Assembly: GCA_002633005.1 (NCBI GenBank) | Contig: NMRA01000398.1 | Coordinates: forward strand, 186,607-250,606 | From: Phoronis australis | Lineage: Eukaryota > Animalia > Phoronida | DNA length: 64,000 nucleotides | Reading direction: 5' to 3' | In this document: positions 27,301 to 42,300 of the stretch, piece by piece | Numbering within the stretch: the first letter of the stretch is position 1 | How the letters are laid out: each line of letters opens with the position of its first letter | Notes under the pieces: generated by a model | What the model saw: the letters and a program-made list of their open reading frames with translations, nothing else | Told to the model about the DNA's origin: nothing | Databases searched by the model: none | Made by a program: the position numbers and the translations under genes

Positions 27301-30300
27301 AGAAGCTGTTTCATTTGACAAATAACGTGCACTTTTTTCTTGGTGCTACTTGCAGCTCGTTGCTCCTGGCTTCAACATTTCTGCTTCCCTGGAAACTGCA
27401 GTACTGGCTATCCAAATACGTGCTCTTGCGCGGAAGGATTCACGCCTACGAACGATGCAAAATGCCATCGTAAGTAACACGGGGGTTCATTATACTTTGC
27501 AAAATGTCATCGTAAGTAACACGGGATTTCATTATACTTTGCAAATGTTGGGACTTTCGACCATTCTTTACAATCTATATTAAAATATCAGTTTATAGGA
27601 CCGATAATCCGGGGACACATACTTGTTAGTGCAATCTCAAGAGGAAGTGTTCGCCTCTGCGTATCGTAAGGTCTTACCCATAAGCTTCCTCATAACATGA
27701 CATTTATGATGCGTGCAAATTTTGGCGTGAATTCAGTTAGAATTGCGTGTATTTTTCAGTTGCAATCAGACCGGAACTTGACATATGCAAGTTTGCTGTC
27801 ATTAGTTCTAGCGGAGACCGTCGACAGAGCCAACCCACTGTGTCAGGGTCTACAAGCTGTTACTCCGAAGGTGATGAGTGGATAAAGTTTGTACCAGCCA
27901 CTTTCAAGTTAGACCTGGAGGCTAATTTCCAGCACCCGACCTACACAAAACTTGCTTACGTAAGAGACTTCAAGTATGGAATTACAAAGAGTTCTGTGAG
28001 CATCTACAAGGCTCGCACAAGTAAGTTAAAGGACTGAGGCAAGAAAACAAAAGTGGGTTAACGAGTGCTATTACAGTATGGACTGCGTTTGTTACATAGA
28101 CTCGAAACTGATTTAAACAGATCGGGTCAGTAGTGATTTTGAAATGACCCAAGGTCTTTGATGGTATCTCTCCTCCCTTTGACAATGTGGGTGAATAGTG
28201 CCGTCATCTCTGTCTAGGTGTCAGTTGTCCGGTGTTCGCTGCTGTATATCCTAAACCCCTTGTAGGATCTTAACGGAATATTACAAATGTGTTTCTTTGA
28301 AGCTGGCGACATACGACGGCGAATTTTGGACAAATCCGGATACCGCTTTGCCCCGTACTGGGAATTTTAATGTTTTACGTTTGCTTCGATATATTTGGAG
28401 TTCCTCGGTGGGTTTTAATGAAATTGGGCAAATAAGTTTTTTTAAGAGACGATTGCACTTTCTAATTTGCAAACATTCGTATTATGCGTTACCTAGTGGC
28501 TATATTTAAAAGAGTTTTGAGTACGTTTTTGGCGTCGTTCTCTCTACATGTATCTGTCAAACCACTCTGAGGATCAGTGCGAAAATTTCCAGATGTGTTC
28601 CCGGTGCGAATACCACGACTGGTGGCTTTTAAAAATCGGACGCTTTCCTGTGGCAAGTTTGCATTTGTCGTCCACAACTATATTTTCTCAACCTTTACAA
28701 GATTTTGAAAATTTTGGCAGAGGTGTTTTCATAGAGATGACAACAAATGAGGAGGATTCTCAGACCAACCGAAAGACATTTGCGCCCCATAGTGGCATTT
28801 TCACGTATGCCTCTGTATTTTTAGTGTTTGTTAATTGATTTTTGTGAAATTTGGCAATTAGCATTTGTATTGCTGATGAAAAGACCACGAATGACGTTGA
28901 TTTTTAGACAGGTCGGAAAACAATAGTGTCCCGATATTGATATTGTCTTTTTGTGTCCATGAACGGTTTTTCATAAAATTTGATAAGCAAGCTTCTACTA
29001 TGAAGGCGACTGCACGTTTCCATTTTTGTATGAATTCGATGTATTCTGCACCACCAAGTTGCCATTTTAATTATTTTAGTATAGTGCACTTGTATTCGCT
29101 AAACCGCACAGAGGATCCTTATGAAAATTAGTAGATGTTTGCTACATTGTACCGGCAAGAGGATGACTGACGTGAATTTTCAGACGGGCCCAATTAGTTT
29201 TGTGCCTCAGTTTTTGCATCTGGGACTGTGTCTTGTTGAAACTTGACAAATAGAGTCCTATTAACAAGATAACAAAAGTATTGAATTGACTACCGCTGGG
29301 CTTCACATTTGTCTATTCTGTGACAGATTTTCATGACATGTGTGAAACAGGTTAGAAAGACGACTACGCCTCCATATTCAGTGCCATCAAAAGGCCCTTT
29401 TTGATACTAATAAGCACTCCCAAAAGCACACCTTTTGCAGTGCAGTCGTGAACACACTTAAAAGCTTTGCATTACTCTTGTTTTCAAACCCTCGACTCTC
29501 AGAAGTCAGCTTCCCGGCTGTTTCTTTGTTCAACAAGTAGCGTGATCTGAAATTGTTTTCCTGGCATAGAGTCAAGACAAAACTGACCATCAGGTGCATG
29601 ATTATCCCAAAATCCAAGAACGAGTTCAACGTAAGTGGCAGGTGGTTTAGGGTCAGCGCAGAGTGACAACTACGAGCTAGCTGGCTGTCTCAAGTGCCCC
29701 ATAATTGATCTGCCAGCTCACGCCAATGTAGGAACAATTGCGTAAACTAGAACCTTCTTTATTTAATTGGTGTTGTGGCGTGAGTTTTTAGATCATTTAT
29801 GGTTCAGTAGAGGCGCCTCTCTGTTTGAGCCAGCCTTAAGCTTTCAGTCTGAAACCAGACACGTGTGGCATTCATTCGTTTGTATGACTTACTGCTTATT
29901 ATCTACCGTGTAGGTTCCAACCACAGTATCGCAACGTATGTCATGCCAGGGGATGGTTCATGTACTCCCAATGGGCCCTATGGCGACGGTACTGGACAGC
30001 CCAAGGACCAGATACAGTGTGATGTCGACAAGTCTCTCTCCTATAAGTCATTTGCTGATGGTGACAAGTGAGAGCTAATAAACCCAATTATACCGATGAA
30101 TACATATAACAAGATACTTACACACATATGCAGTGGGGTGAAGGTTTTCGATCAACCCCTCAAACAATTGCTTTTTTGACACCGTGAATTCTCTTTACTC
30201 TGAAGCATTCTGACAGTACTTAACAGTACTTGGGTAAGACCAATTAAATAGTATTGGAATAAATATATGTTTAACTACGCGTGATTTTACAAGTGTGTTT

Positions 30301-33300
30301 TATTAGCGTCAGTTGCTGCGCCGCATCAATCTCGAGTCACGAGGCCGAAGGCCGAGTGAAAATACCCACACGGCGCAGCAATCGAGGCTAATAACACACC
30401 TAAATAAAACGAGTATTTTAATGAACGTATATTTATACCACATACTTGATATCAAACCTCCATGTCTCTACTGAGTCTTAATTTTTTCCTCTTTGGCCAA
30501 TACACGTAGGAATACAACAAACACTGAAAAGCCAGGTTTCAAAAGTTGTGTTGTCACTCGCGTTTTTTCTTAGCGTTTTCATTATTTTTCGATTCGATTC
30601 TACGAATTGTTGGACTTCCACTTCTTCAACTTGGTCCCCATGTCTCTCACTAGCTATCTCAGACCGTGACTATTACTTCTGTTATTTTTACACTACCAAA
30701 TCCGGTTTACAATGATCTGTTTCACCATCTTTGATTACAAGCTCTCGTGAACGGGCGAGATTGAGGAAGGAGTAACAACGAAGGCTGAGTGTTCTTCACT
30801 TTTTGAGAGGAGAATTTGCAATATCAATTACCAAATGCTCTCCAGTGTAGTACGTTTGTTTGGTTTTTGAGATGTACAGTAAACGTAAATTCATATAAGT
30901 TATTCAACTTAAATTTTAGTTGATCTGGTAGGAACTTCGGAATTCCAGCCGTAGAAAGTAGTTCTGCTTTGGCCACGTGACGATGGTTATTTTTATGGTC
31001 ATAATAACTCCTTGGATTTAAGCATGGCCTTATCAAGTCGTACGTGGTATGAAAACATATTCTTTCGGGTTATCCATCTCTCGGTGGCCATTTATTGTTA
31101 AAAACCTCGGTTAGCGCTGAATGGATGAAGTGTAAATGGTTGACACCAATAAACTACATGTATGCTTGAGGTGGGGAATGAAGAATTAGAAGAATTGGAA
31201 TCAGCAATTCGGCGAGAAGCGCAGTTCCGTATTATCTGGCATTCCACGAGAGATCCCAAAGGTCGACTCTAGGGACACGGAATTTATTAAAACATTTTGG
31301 CCATTATTTAGTTGGAGCATCACGAATATTTTGGCTCCAACATGACCGTTTTTGTTCAAAGACTTACAGCAGTTTTAAAGGGGTTGAAAATGATAGGCAA
31401 GAAAATCTATAATGATGTTTAAATGGCCATTAAAAGTTTCTATCAGAAGCCCGTCTTTGCATGTTCAAATGGGTTTTCGTTGACTTTCACTGAAGCTCCA
31501 GCATTTTGTAAATTTTCGTTTATTTTTTATTTTAGTTTTAGCAATTTTTATGAGCTTCAGTTTGCGGGGTGCTATGGCCTTTATGTAGTATTTTCCATTA
31601 CATTATTGTCTGACTAAGAAAAAAAAGCTATACCAATTAAACTTCTTCTTTGTTTCCGAGCTACGGCCGATGGAAAGGACATATACATGTATGTACCATC
31701 GCGTATTTTACATTCCTTGGCTACTGCAGTCTGAAGCTTTACACGGTATCTCGTAAAGCCCATATTTTTGTAAATATGTTACTATGGTATTGGAAACTGT
31801 TGGCGTCATGTTTTAGATCGTTCGACAACTGCTGACTCCAACGGCTGCCGGTTTCAATAACTAAGTTTCTTATGGGAAATTTCACGGAACTTGTCTAAAC
31901 TGTTTCTGCCCAGTACAATTGCGCATGCATGTTTTCGAATGATTCTAACCTGTGCTGCCCCCAATGACACTTTTAGAATTTTAATAAAACCCTTTGTCAG
32001 CTTTTCTGGTAACGTACCTGACAATCACTATACAAAATATGCAAAGATATTTCAATATTAGCCTTGTCGTTTGTACAGGATGTCAATTGCTTAATTCTAC
32101 CCAAAACAGATTTTGTCACTTGTTGTCACAGCCCTCTAAGAGATAAAAATGCCGTCTCTAAAAATATTGGACACGGGTTTTAAATTTTCCAAGATAATCG
32201 AAGCTTACTGCGTAGCATGCTTAAATTTCTCTATACGCCCAAGGTTTATCCACGAACCTACAATTATCTTTACATGAGTGTAGTCCTCGACCTGGCTTGT
32301 AGAAGCACTTGAGTTGCACCAACTATCGCCGCTACAAAAAATGCCTCCAGATGCATCACCCTTATCACGTGATGGATGCAGCTAAATTACCAGTAGGAAT
32401 TTTATTTGCGAATCCTTGTGTATGACTTCCTAATGTCATTATGTGTTTTCCTCATTACATGCTATCTACCTGTTTTTACATCGGAAAATTTGCTTTTTGG
32501 TATTCAAAACGTCCTTTTTCTTTGTAAACCTTTGGAGGCATGGAGGTAAAAAATTAAAATATAAATCATCGCAAAATTGGTGATTTATGTATCACTTCCT
32601 CACTATGATCAAATTTACAAACGTTAAGCAGAATCCGAAGTATGTCCCATAAAATGATTTCATTTCATTTTCTAGAGGAATGGCTCCGAAACACTTCTAA
32701 AAGTGCTAAAAACTGTTTGCCGGAAGTCAGACACGAATTAATGGCAAAGGTTGTTACAGAATGTGATGCTTGCAACTGAGGAAACGACAAATCCGCTGCG
32801 TGGTGCTACAAGAGAGATGACTAAATTTCCAGCACTATTTTGAATCTGATGGCTAGGCACCTCCAGTAAATACCCGCGCATTAATTTTCCTAATTTCCGT
32901 TGGTTTGTAATGTATTTCTGCAGGTGATCCAACACATGTTTTGGTGTTAAAATGTCCCTATTTACACAACGTTTCTAACTAGCCTTTTCCTATTGAACCT
33001 CTACCCAGTCGCTTTTCTCGCCAAAAGGTTGTGCGCAGACTACACGGTGGTGGCAGGTGGTTACACCCATTACGGAGATCCAAATACGGACAAGTTTGAG
33101 CAGACGCAAAAGTACAACGACGTCCCACGTACAAACACCGTTTGCATGCGGATGGATTTTACCAGTGCGTCTCATTGTTCCCGCGCCAACACATGCCAAT
33201 CACCCCAGGAATACATGACTTTTGGAGACAGAGTTCGTAAAACCGGGACACTAAATCTTGACTTCCGAGGATGGAAAGATCTTGGAACAAACCCTTCAGG

Positions 33301-36300
33301 AATTAAGGAGTACACCATCAACGTTTACGATATTTCAGAGAGTTCGCCATCAACTGTTGGAATGGTGTTTGCCGCTAAGCGCATTGGACCAATAACTTTC
33401 CCCAGCTCCAATACTTCAACGCAAATCACACTTCCCAGAGACAGGCAGTTTTACGCTATAGATTTGATGGTGGTTGATAACGCGTTGAACGTCATACAAG
33501 CAAGATCGTATGTTTTATACGATGATAGTTCACATTTACTCACAGATGCGACTAAGAGCTTCCACTTTACCTCTGCGACACAGATTACAAGACATCTGTG
33601 GCAGACAAATCTAAAGTCTATCCAAGTAAGTCGATTGTAATAGATAAACTATGTGTAGGACTTCAATAACGATAATGTTTTCAAATGATTGCTGCTATTG
33701 CTACATCAACTGTTCGTATCCCGTTAACTAATAAGTGTATGCACTTGTCGTTTTGTTTCTGATAAAGGATATTTTTTCATGTTTGTGGGCCCACATATAT
33801 ATATATATGTGAGCGCATATTACCACCATCTCCGTCAGTTGTCCGTTTCTCTTTTGTCCGTTCTCACGTGGCAGCCGTAACTACCAATCGATACCAAGAA
33901 GCTTCATCTGTCGGGTGTGTCTGCTTGAAAGTGAAATCAGAAGACGACTCTATACTTAGAGAATTGCTGCGCCTCCTAATGACAACGTTATTTTTCACAT
34001 GATCCCCTCTGTCTCAAATACACTTAAGTTTATTGGTGTTTCCTTATCTCGAGAAATTTTAAGCACTCCTTTCAGCCACCGCATTGCTTCAGCAATACAA
34101 ATACCGTCCATGAGGGCCATTAAGAGTACAAATAGTTTAACAGACACAGCCAGTTATATGCAACACACTGCAGTAAAATACCATTTATACCCGGGTGTGG
34201 TATAAAGTAAAACAATAAAACGTACGTTTTTTAAGGTTTCGATAGATGAACGTGTAATCACAATAAAACACGACTCAAATAAAATTGCGCCAAGATTATG
34301 GAAGTGATGTTCGAGAATTTGTGGATTTTCCACTTGAAACATTTGCAAAATACAATTATACCACCATTGTGGCATACCTTCAGTCATACTGCAGGTAAAG
34401 TAAGATGTTAATTTCCTAACATGATGTATTCTACGCTTTGACAGCTCTCGTGGACTGACTACTTTTACAACGACTACCATAGGCAACACGGGCCGCTGAG
34501 ACCAGTTGACAAAGAGACGTCATACTATACAGACGCCTACGACCAGATAGCTGGTATTTTACCTCGAGCTGGAACGGATAATGTTGAAGGTTAAGTATCT
34601 AAATTCGTATGTTTTAGAGTTTGGACACAGTAACCAATTCTTAATCAAGTGTGTTATATGTCAATGCTGAAACTCTGGCAGGTACATAAAACTACCATGG
34701 TCAGCCTACTGACAGAGACTAATTACATTGTACAGCTGCGTCATTGACACAAAATAACGCTGTCGAGATAGAAGCATCACTATCGCTTTGTATGAGTTAG
34801 TCGATATCAGTGCCTATGATAAAAGACCATCGACATGGGTAGCTCACTTTATGACGAAATAAAGAGGTGTCTTAGCAGAAGAATGTTGATACCCGGGTTG
34901 AGTGGTGACTAAGGTGAAATAGAAGGTGACAGTCAAGCTCTGAAACAAGCTTTAGCATCCTTTTAACTTTACATTATAAATGACAACACGGTGGTTAACA
35001 ATATATACAATAGACAATCAAGGGCCTACTACAACTTCAGTCGCAAACCAGCAACATTTAAGGCAATAAAAAATGCACTTTTTATTTCATCATACTGAAT
35101 AGGCCTCACTTAAGTGATACCACCAATATAGAAGACTTGCGAATTTGCAGCCCTGTAGGCCATTGTGCTTTAATAACCATTTTGTGTTCAAAGAAAGTGA
35201 AATTCGGTGTGATTTAACTTCGATCGACCACGTTAAATAAAACAAATTTTCTTTCAAAGTCATTATGTTGAACAAGTAATTTAGAAAAAATCATAACTGT
35301 TCTCTTAATTTCGTTTCAAGTAAAGTTGAAGCGCAAAAGTAAAGGGAATGCAACCTTTCAGGTATTTTAAAATTTGAGTACCACATCGAGGAACTGACTC
35401 CCATCGGCACTAAATCCACTGCGACACCGGAACCCTCCTCGTGGACGAACGTGGCGACGTGGTTACAGCAATCCCTTACGCTAGATTCAAACGTAGTCAG
35501 TCCGGGAGATGGCGACACATACAAGGTTTGACAATTGTATCGCGTCCAGCCTCTTTAGTGCCTGACATCTGAAGTTCCGCATTGGCATGCACGCACCCAA
35601 GGGGGCTTGGGGGGCTCAAAAGATTGCCCCCACATGCCAAAGTGGGAAAAAATCGTCCGCCTCAGAGAAATCAGAGAAGTCCCAGGAAACGAGACAAAAG
35701 TCCACCAAAAGGCAGGAATTCGTCAAATGCACAATTCATAGACCCGACTGATCCCCGTTTTCTGTTTTTTTATTTTTTTAGTAAAACGGTCCACATCCAC
35801 AATAATTCGACCCCTATAATTTAGATTGGGTGCGCGCATGATTGGTTAATCAAGAAGTTGATCAATTGGTGTATGTAATCCATCCTCACATGAAATGTAT
35901 TTTTGCAACCTTTATTGACGTTTCTTGAATTATGTTGTTAATGCAGGGTGTGAACAGCACTCGAGCAGAACACTTTGTTTCTGTTTTGCCTTCGCTCTTC
36001 GTAATTCATGAACGTTATCAAAAAGGGACATTGAGTAGTTGAAAATATTGAGCAAAAAACAATTAAATTAACTGTCTCAACCAACAGAAATCCATCTGTT
36101 CTTTCCGTTGTCTCCACAGTTTTTTCTTACTGGTTCCGTTGTAATCTGGGTGTCATTTCAATTTTGATATCGGATGGTCAGCAGTTTTTGGTTACTTGTA
36201 ACAAAACTTTTACCTTGTGTTAAACAAAAGTAAATGACATGCTCCTGAGAAGCAGGCGATGCACAGCGAACATACAACAGCATGATATGTGATGCATATG

Positions 36301-39300
36301 CATCTGAGATAAGCGGTGCTCCATATGTTTGTATTTAAATGATGCGTCTTCTAAGAAAAATCACTAATTGCACAAATTTAATTACACGGCTCAACACCCG
36401 AACTTGGCTGTTAATCTAGCAAACGTTAAGCGTTGTGGCACTCGAACATTACGTGTCTTAGACAGCAGGTTCTGCACGTACGTAGATAACCTTGTGGCAA
36501 CACAGATTTCCACAAATAGTAGACACCTTTTGGGGGAAAGCGATTGCCTTTTACCAAACAAGGAAGGACAGAAAATGGCTATTTTGACATCCGCCACTGT
36601 AGTGCCTACCTCGAGAGTTTATATTGGGGTATAATTCCATTGATGGCGTCATTAAAGCTGCCCCTAATTGTGGTCACAAACTTGATTTTATAAGACTCCC
36701 GTGGCGTGCGACCCACGGCAGATTATGAAAAGCAATGGTACTGAACGGTGAGCCTTCGTCAACGGCAATGAAAAGAGGTGAGAGAGCAACAGTACCCTGC
36801 ATACGCTGCACAAGTACATTACAAGCTCCTAAAAATTTGCTTTTATCCCACCATAAGTCACGAAGTGAGCACCGCTTGCTAGAGTCAGTTTTAATTTACG
36901 ATTGCATCTCTATTTTTGTGCGTTTCGTTACATCAAATAATATTGCTCAAACGGTGCGACGTGTGTGAAGGTCTTATTTAATACTTATTGCATTTAGGTA
37001 TGGATTCGGGCAACAGATATAATGGGCAACAAAACATCCGACAGTAGAATTATTCACTTCGACTCATCACCACCGGAGCTGACGGACATGTGGCTTGTCA
37101 AAGATGGTCACGCTCAAGTGTACGTGCACGATTCTTACAAGCTCCACACGATGTCGCTCGTATTCAAAGCATGGGACTCGCACAGTGGCGTTAGACGAAT
37201 TTACTACCGTCTGGGGGTTTCCACAGGAGGATCAAATGAACATGGGGAAGGTGCTATACCAGTTGTACATCGAGGAACTGGAGTGAGTGCATTTTCAAAT
37301 TTATATTCTAGGCTTTCGTGAGAATCATTTTACTTGAATAACTCTCCTCGGGTCGTGTGTTGCCAAACATTCACTCACAAAAAACTGAGTATACAGATGT
37401 GTAGATAGGCAGATCATTCGATTTACTGAGGAACATGTTTTCACACTGGCATCAATCGGGTAAATGTAGAAAGACGTAGCGGTGGACCAAATTAAACTTA
37501 CGATAAAGCTACATGTATAAATGTACTTTGACGCCTTTTTTCCAGGAACCATGTCCCACAGGAGTGGCTCCATGTTATTGTCCTTCCATTGGACCTTGTG
37601 AGATGAATACTTACGCCCTCGATTTGAATCCAATCGTCGCCGCAAACAAACACACCGGCATGCACAACCGGGACTATTTTTTTGAGATTGAAGTTGAAAA
37701 CGAGGCGAGATTAGTCAAGACGTTTGAGTTAAAAGTTCTTGCGGACAACTCACCTCCCAAGAACGGCACAGTGTGGGACGGAAGTCACGGACAGACAGAC
37801 GTCGATTACAAAGGTGACAACTATGTGGTTGGCTCATGGCTCGGATTTGTAGACCACGAAAGTGGAATTCGATATTACAGGTTTGTGATTTCAATATACA
37901 TGAGTCGTGTTTTGTAGTTAATAATCACCGCAATGAAACAACGATAGAGAAGGAGGAAGATTAAAGTAAATTACAGTGATACAACAACGTGGTAAGTTTT
38001 AGGGGTATATAGGGCGACACTTTGGTAAAATCAATGTTAATCAATGACGATGGTGATGGTGGTTGGTGGTGATGATGAGTAGCAGGATGACAGCGATGAT
38101 GATGAGAATGGTGACAATGAGGATGATGAATGACGATAGCACACTAATTATACAGCCTTACTAGACGAAACTGAATTAAACTGTTACGACCGCCAGGATG
38201 ACAACAAAGAAGATGAAGATGATGATGATGGTGATCATTAAGTACGACATTAGTGTACAGTAGTTTGTAAGTTAGCAAATATGTTGCACGGAATTACTAA
38301 TAAACCATTCATTAAATAATTTCGAAAAAATCGAGAACGGCAAGTGGTATCGAACAGGGATGACATGTTTGCTGAGACCTGTTTGTATACAATATTTCAA
38401 TGAGACCTTCAAAGGATGTCGGAGCTATGGTTTTGCAGATTGCAAAATGAGAGATGGGCCTCCACCCTGCCATCTTGCTTACAGTCTCGAGCCCTGACAC
38501 ATTATTCGAAGTCATTCTGATCAGAGAAAAAATACTGCATTTCCTTTATCAATCGTGCTAACAAAGAGTCAAAACACAAAATATGCTTGTGGAATAAATA
38601 ATTGTGCGGTTTAAAAACAGTAACATAATTTGAGATATTACATCATCACCGAGACAATATTTTATCATCTATTGTATTGTGCAGGTATGCAGTTGCTGAC
38701 CGGTGTTGGACAACCGATGAACTCTATGCCAATGGAACAAAAACAACTGCCAATACAACAGGCACACTGACAACCAATCTAACGCGTTATTTCGTCAGTG
38801 TGATCGCCATTAACAACGCCATTACGCCATCGGTGCCGTCTTGCAGTGATGGTGTTATTGTTGACACAACACCTCCGGTGTTTGTAAATTACACCGCTCC
38901 GCTGGGTATAAAAACTAACGGACAGACACCGATTTATCACCATAAAGACACTTTGGAGCTGTCGTGGAAGTTTGATGAACCTGAGAGTCAAATTCGCGAT
39001 TATGAAATAGGATTCGCCTCTGCTGCCAACAAGAAAATAGTACCGGACATCGTTGGGTATCAGTCCACCCAAATGAAAACGCACTTTAAGAAGCTTCACA
39101 CTGGATTCGGGCAGGCATCCCAAGTGTATGTTATGGTGAAGGCTATCAACAAAGTCGGCCTAGAGACGATAGCAGCCATTGGCAAGTTCATAATAGATCA
39201 AACCCCACCGACAACGAGTGCTACATTTACGCCATCTATTGGGGCCAGTGAAGTCACTTTGTCTTGGTCTGCAAATGATTTTTCAGATAGCGAAGATGAA

Positions 39301-42300
39301 AATCCATTAACATCATTTAATTGGGCTTTAGGTGAGTACTTTTTAAACTCTAACCAAGGCAAAGTAGAAGGGGATGCATTTGTTGGACTTGGATGAAAAT
39401 TTTAAGCCGAATAGTACGACCCTAATGGCTCATCACTTTGTCACAGGTCACATCATCGTCACAACCCATCCCTACAGAGCCCACACTTGTTCTCTTTCCG
39501 GAAATATCAGCAAATAATTTCACAGCAACGGATAAACCGATTTTTTTAAGTTTCATACAGCTGAACCTTAGGATATCATCAACAAATGCGCAAAATATCA
39601 ACAAGATTTCTGTCCAATTGTTGGAGTACCATCAAATTAAAACATCAGGTCAAAACATGAGATATCCAAAGGGAAGCTCGCTTATTTTAGTCTATGCTCA
39701 AAGTGGCCTCCATCTTCCTCCATGACTAAACAGAATCTAAAACAATTCAAATATGTGGTTCTCATGAGCGTGCCACTGCTTCGTAGACATACACAAAAAA
39801 TGATACGCCAGTTTTTAATTTATTTTTTTGTTAAGCCTTTCTTTGAATACTTTTAGTATAAAATAATTCTTCCGAAATTATTATTGGAAATATGATTGTA
39901 AAAACACTGCTCAGCTTAGTCAAAAAATAAACCACGATAATCGCAATATATATATATACTGTCAACTTTTTGTAAATGCCCAATGTTGCGTGGTTTGTGC
40001 GTCAATGGCCGAAATATCTTTCCATCTTAGCATGGTTAAGAAGACTCAGTTCTTTAATGGCCAAGGCGAGGTATGTGTACGTGCAATTTATCCCATACGC
40101 GTTGAATCTGTCGAGGGAAATACGGCCATGTAATACGTATTACGTAGTCACTTCCCGCACTACTTCAGCAGTGACCTCTGACATAGAGAGTTCAAAAGGT
40201 ACATGTAGGTCAATGTCGACTCGACGTCGATCACCAAACTTTCGGAAAATAGTTTAAAGTAATACAATTATAGCAGTGTAAAAAAAGCTCAACATACAAT
40301 CAGGTCTCAATCGTAACATCTGGAACAGGACAGTTGATTATATGACAGTTTTGTCTCAGTTTTCATTTGCTAAATATTTTATCAACTGCAACTCAGGCGC
40401 CGAATCCTCCGGTAACTACTATATCAAATTTTTGTCAATTAACAATTTTCAGGAGATGTTGCTAGTTTAATGAAAAGTTACCCTTATTTTCATCCTTGTT
40501 ATCTCTTTTCAAGTAATAAATCGTCACATTTAAAACTGTTTCTTTTACTAGAGAAAACTTGCAGCCTACGCGCAAGTACATACATATAGGATGTGATACG
40601 CCACGTGAACAGTCTGAGTGAAGTTTTTAGAAAATCTGCTGAAAAAAATGAAAGAAACTTAGGATTTCGAAGCGTATGGGATAAATACAGAACGTACCTC
40701 TATTGGCGTACGTGAAGTAATATCCCACACTAAATTATTCCGCGTATCGACCTCTACTTTCGGTCTCGGTCGATACTAATGTCTCGTGGGATATAACGTC
40801 ATGTTCGCCACTCTCGGTACGTTTTGTGTATTTATCCACGTCGCACATTATGTTGTGTTTAAGGAGAACTCAAATTACCGCAAACAAAGTCATTTCCATT
40901 ACGTCGAAACAGGGAACGGATTGTACCAGGTGCAAGTTTTACAGGAGATTTAAGCCTGGATATTTACATTTTCATACCATGTGTGGCAGGGTACTCATCA
41001 GTTCCCTTTTCAGGCATTGGTATGCATCACCTAAGGTTACGCAATCCACAAAAATGCGTCCTTGGCTTATCCAGTTAACAGCACACGCAGTCCATACGAC
41101 ATTGTTCATTTTCCGTACGGCCTGATCATGTACTTATACCACGTTGTTCTTGTGCATTGAATTCCCACGCAAACAATATTTTGGAATAAAATGAACTATT
41201 TTTAATAGCGAAGTTGTCGAACTGTTGGCTGTGCTGATGGTACATGTACATGACATCTTGGCATTCGTCTATGTCTCAGCTCATGCTCATTGAATTCTAT
41301 TAGAAATTAAAATTATTCGTATCTGCACATTTTCAACTACACCGTAGTCCGTAATTCTCCATTGCACTGGCTTATTGGCTACTGTTTTTAGTTAGCTGCA
41401 TGTGTGCTAGAACTGGAATCACACTTTTCCGCAAATTTAGTTATGCGCAACGTTGAAGATTTCAGCTAATCTAAACCTAGAACAAAACAGGTTATACTCA
41501 GTTACTAGTTAACTGACTATAATGCTCAAGTCAAAGGATCCCGACGACACGATACCCGCATTCAAATTGGTGATCGGTGCTTTACAAGTGAGACAACAAG
41601 GCAACAAGAGAGAAAAAAATTCACTGAATTAAAATATCGTTTTTATGGATGTTATGCGTCTTATTTTTCATAGCGTATTAAATGTCGGTGCAATGTCCTG
41701 TGCTGAATTTGCCATTGTTGCGCGTGCATGCTCATTTAAGTAGTCTATTTTCACGTTCGGTGAAGTCAGCCGCTGAGTGGTGTAGTGGTAAAGTCGGCGA
41801 CTCGAAACACTTGAGGCCCGGGTTCGAATCCGGCCACGGTTTCCCACCAAAATATTTTCTCGCTAGTGAGATAACTTTATGAGTTATTACACGGTGGTAT
41901 CTGCCATTTGAGTGTAGTGTTGTGGTATAATATGTTTAACGCGTTGTCTCCACGACGCTGTTAGAAATTATTTTGAAAATGGTCCACGTTAAAATTCCAT
42001 GAAAAAGGACGAGGATCAGATTTGGCGGGAAATTGATTGCCCAACCTTGTATCATGATCTGTAATAATGTCACGTTCTATCGACCAAAGTCGTAGAAAAA
42101 CACCATACTTTATGATTAGTTCTTTGATTGCATCATTTTTGAAAGAAATGGAAATTATACCTTAAACATTTCAGGCACCCTGCTCAACCACCAAGAGGTT
42201 TTACAGTTCACCAATATCACAGCTACGGGCGGTGTATTTCAAGCCAGCTTTCCTCTTCAGTCCCTAGTACATCACGATCACGAGGCTGACAAAGAGTACT

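Noticed and set aside
41769-41845. Functional tRNA gene
   Set aside because: A and B boxes are present but the D arm, T stem and acceptor stem do not pair; treated as a SINE head/pseudogene (same for 8686-8750).
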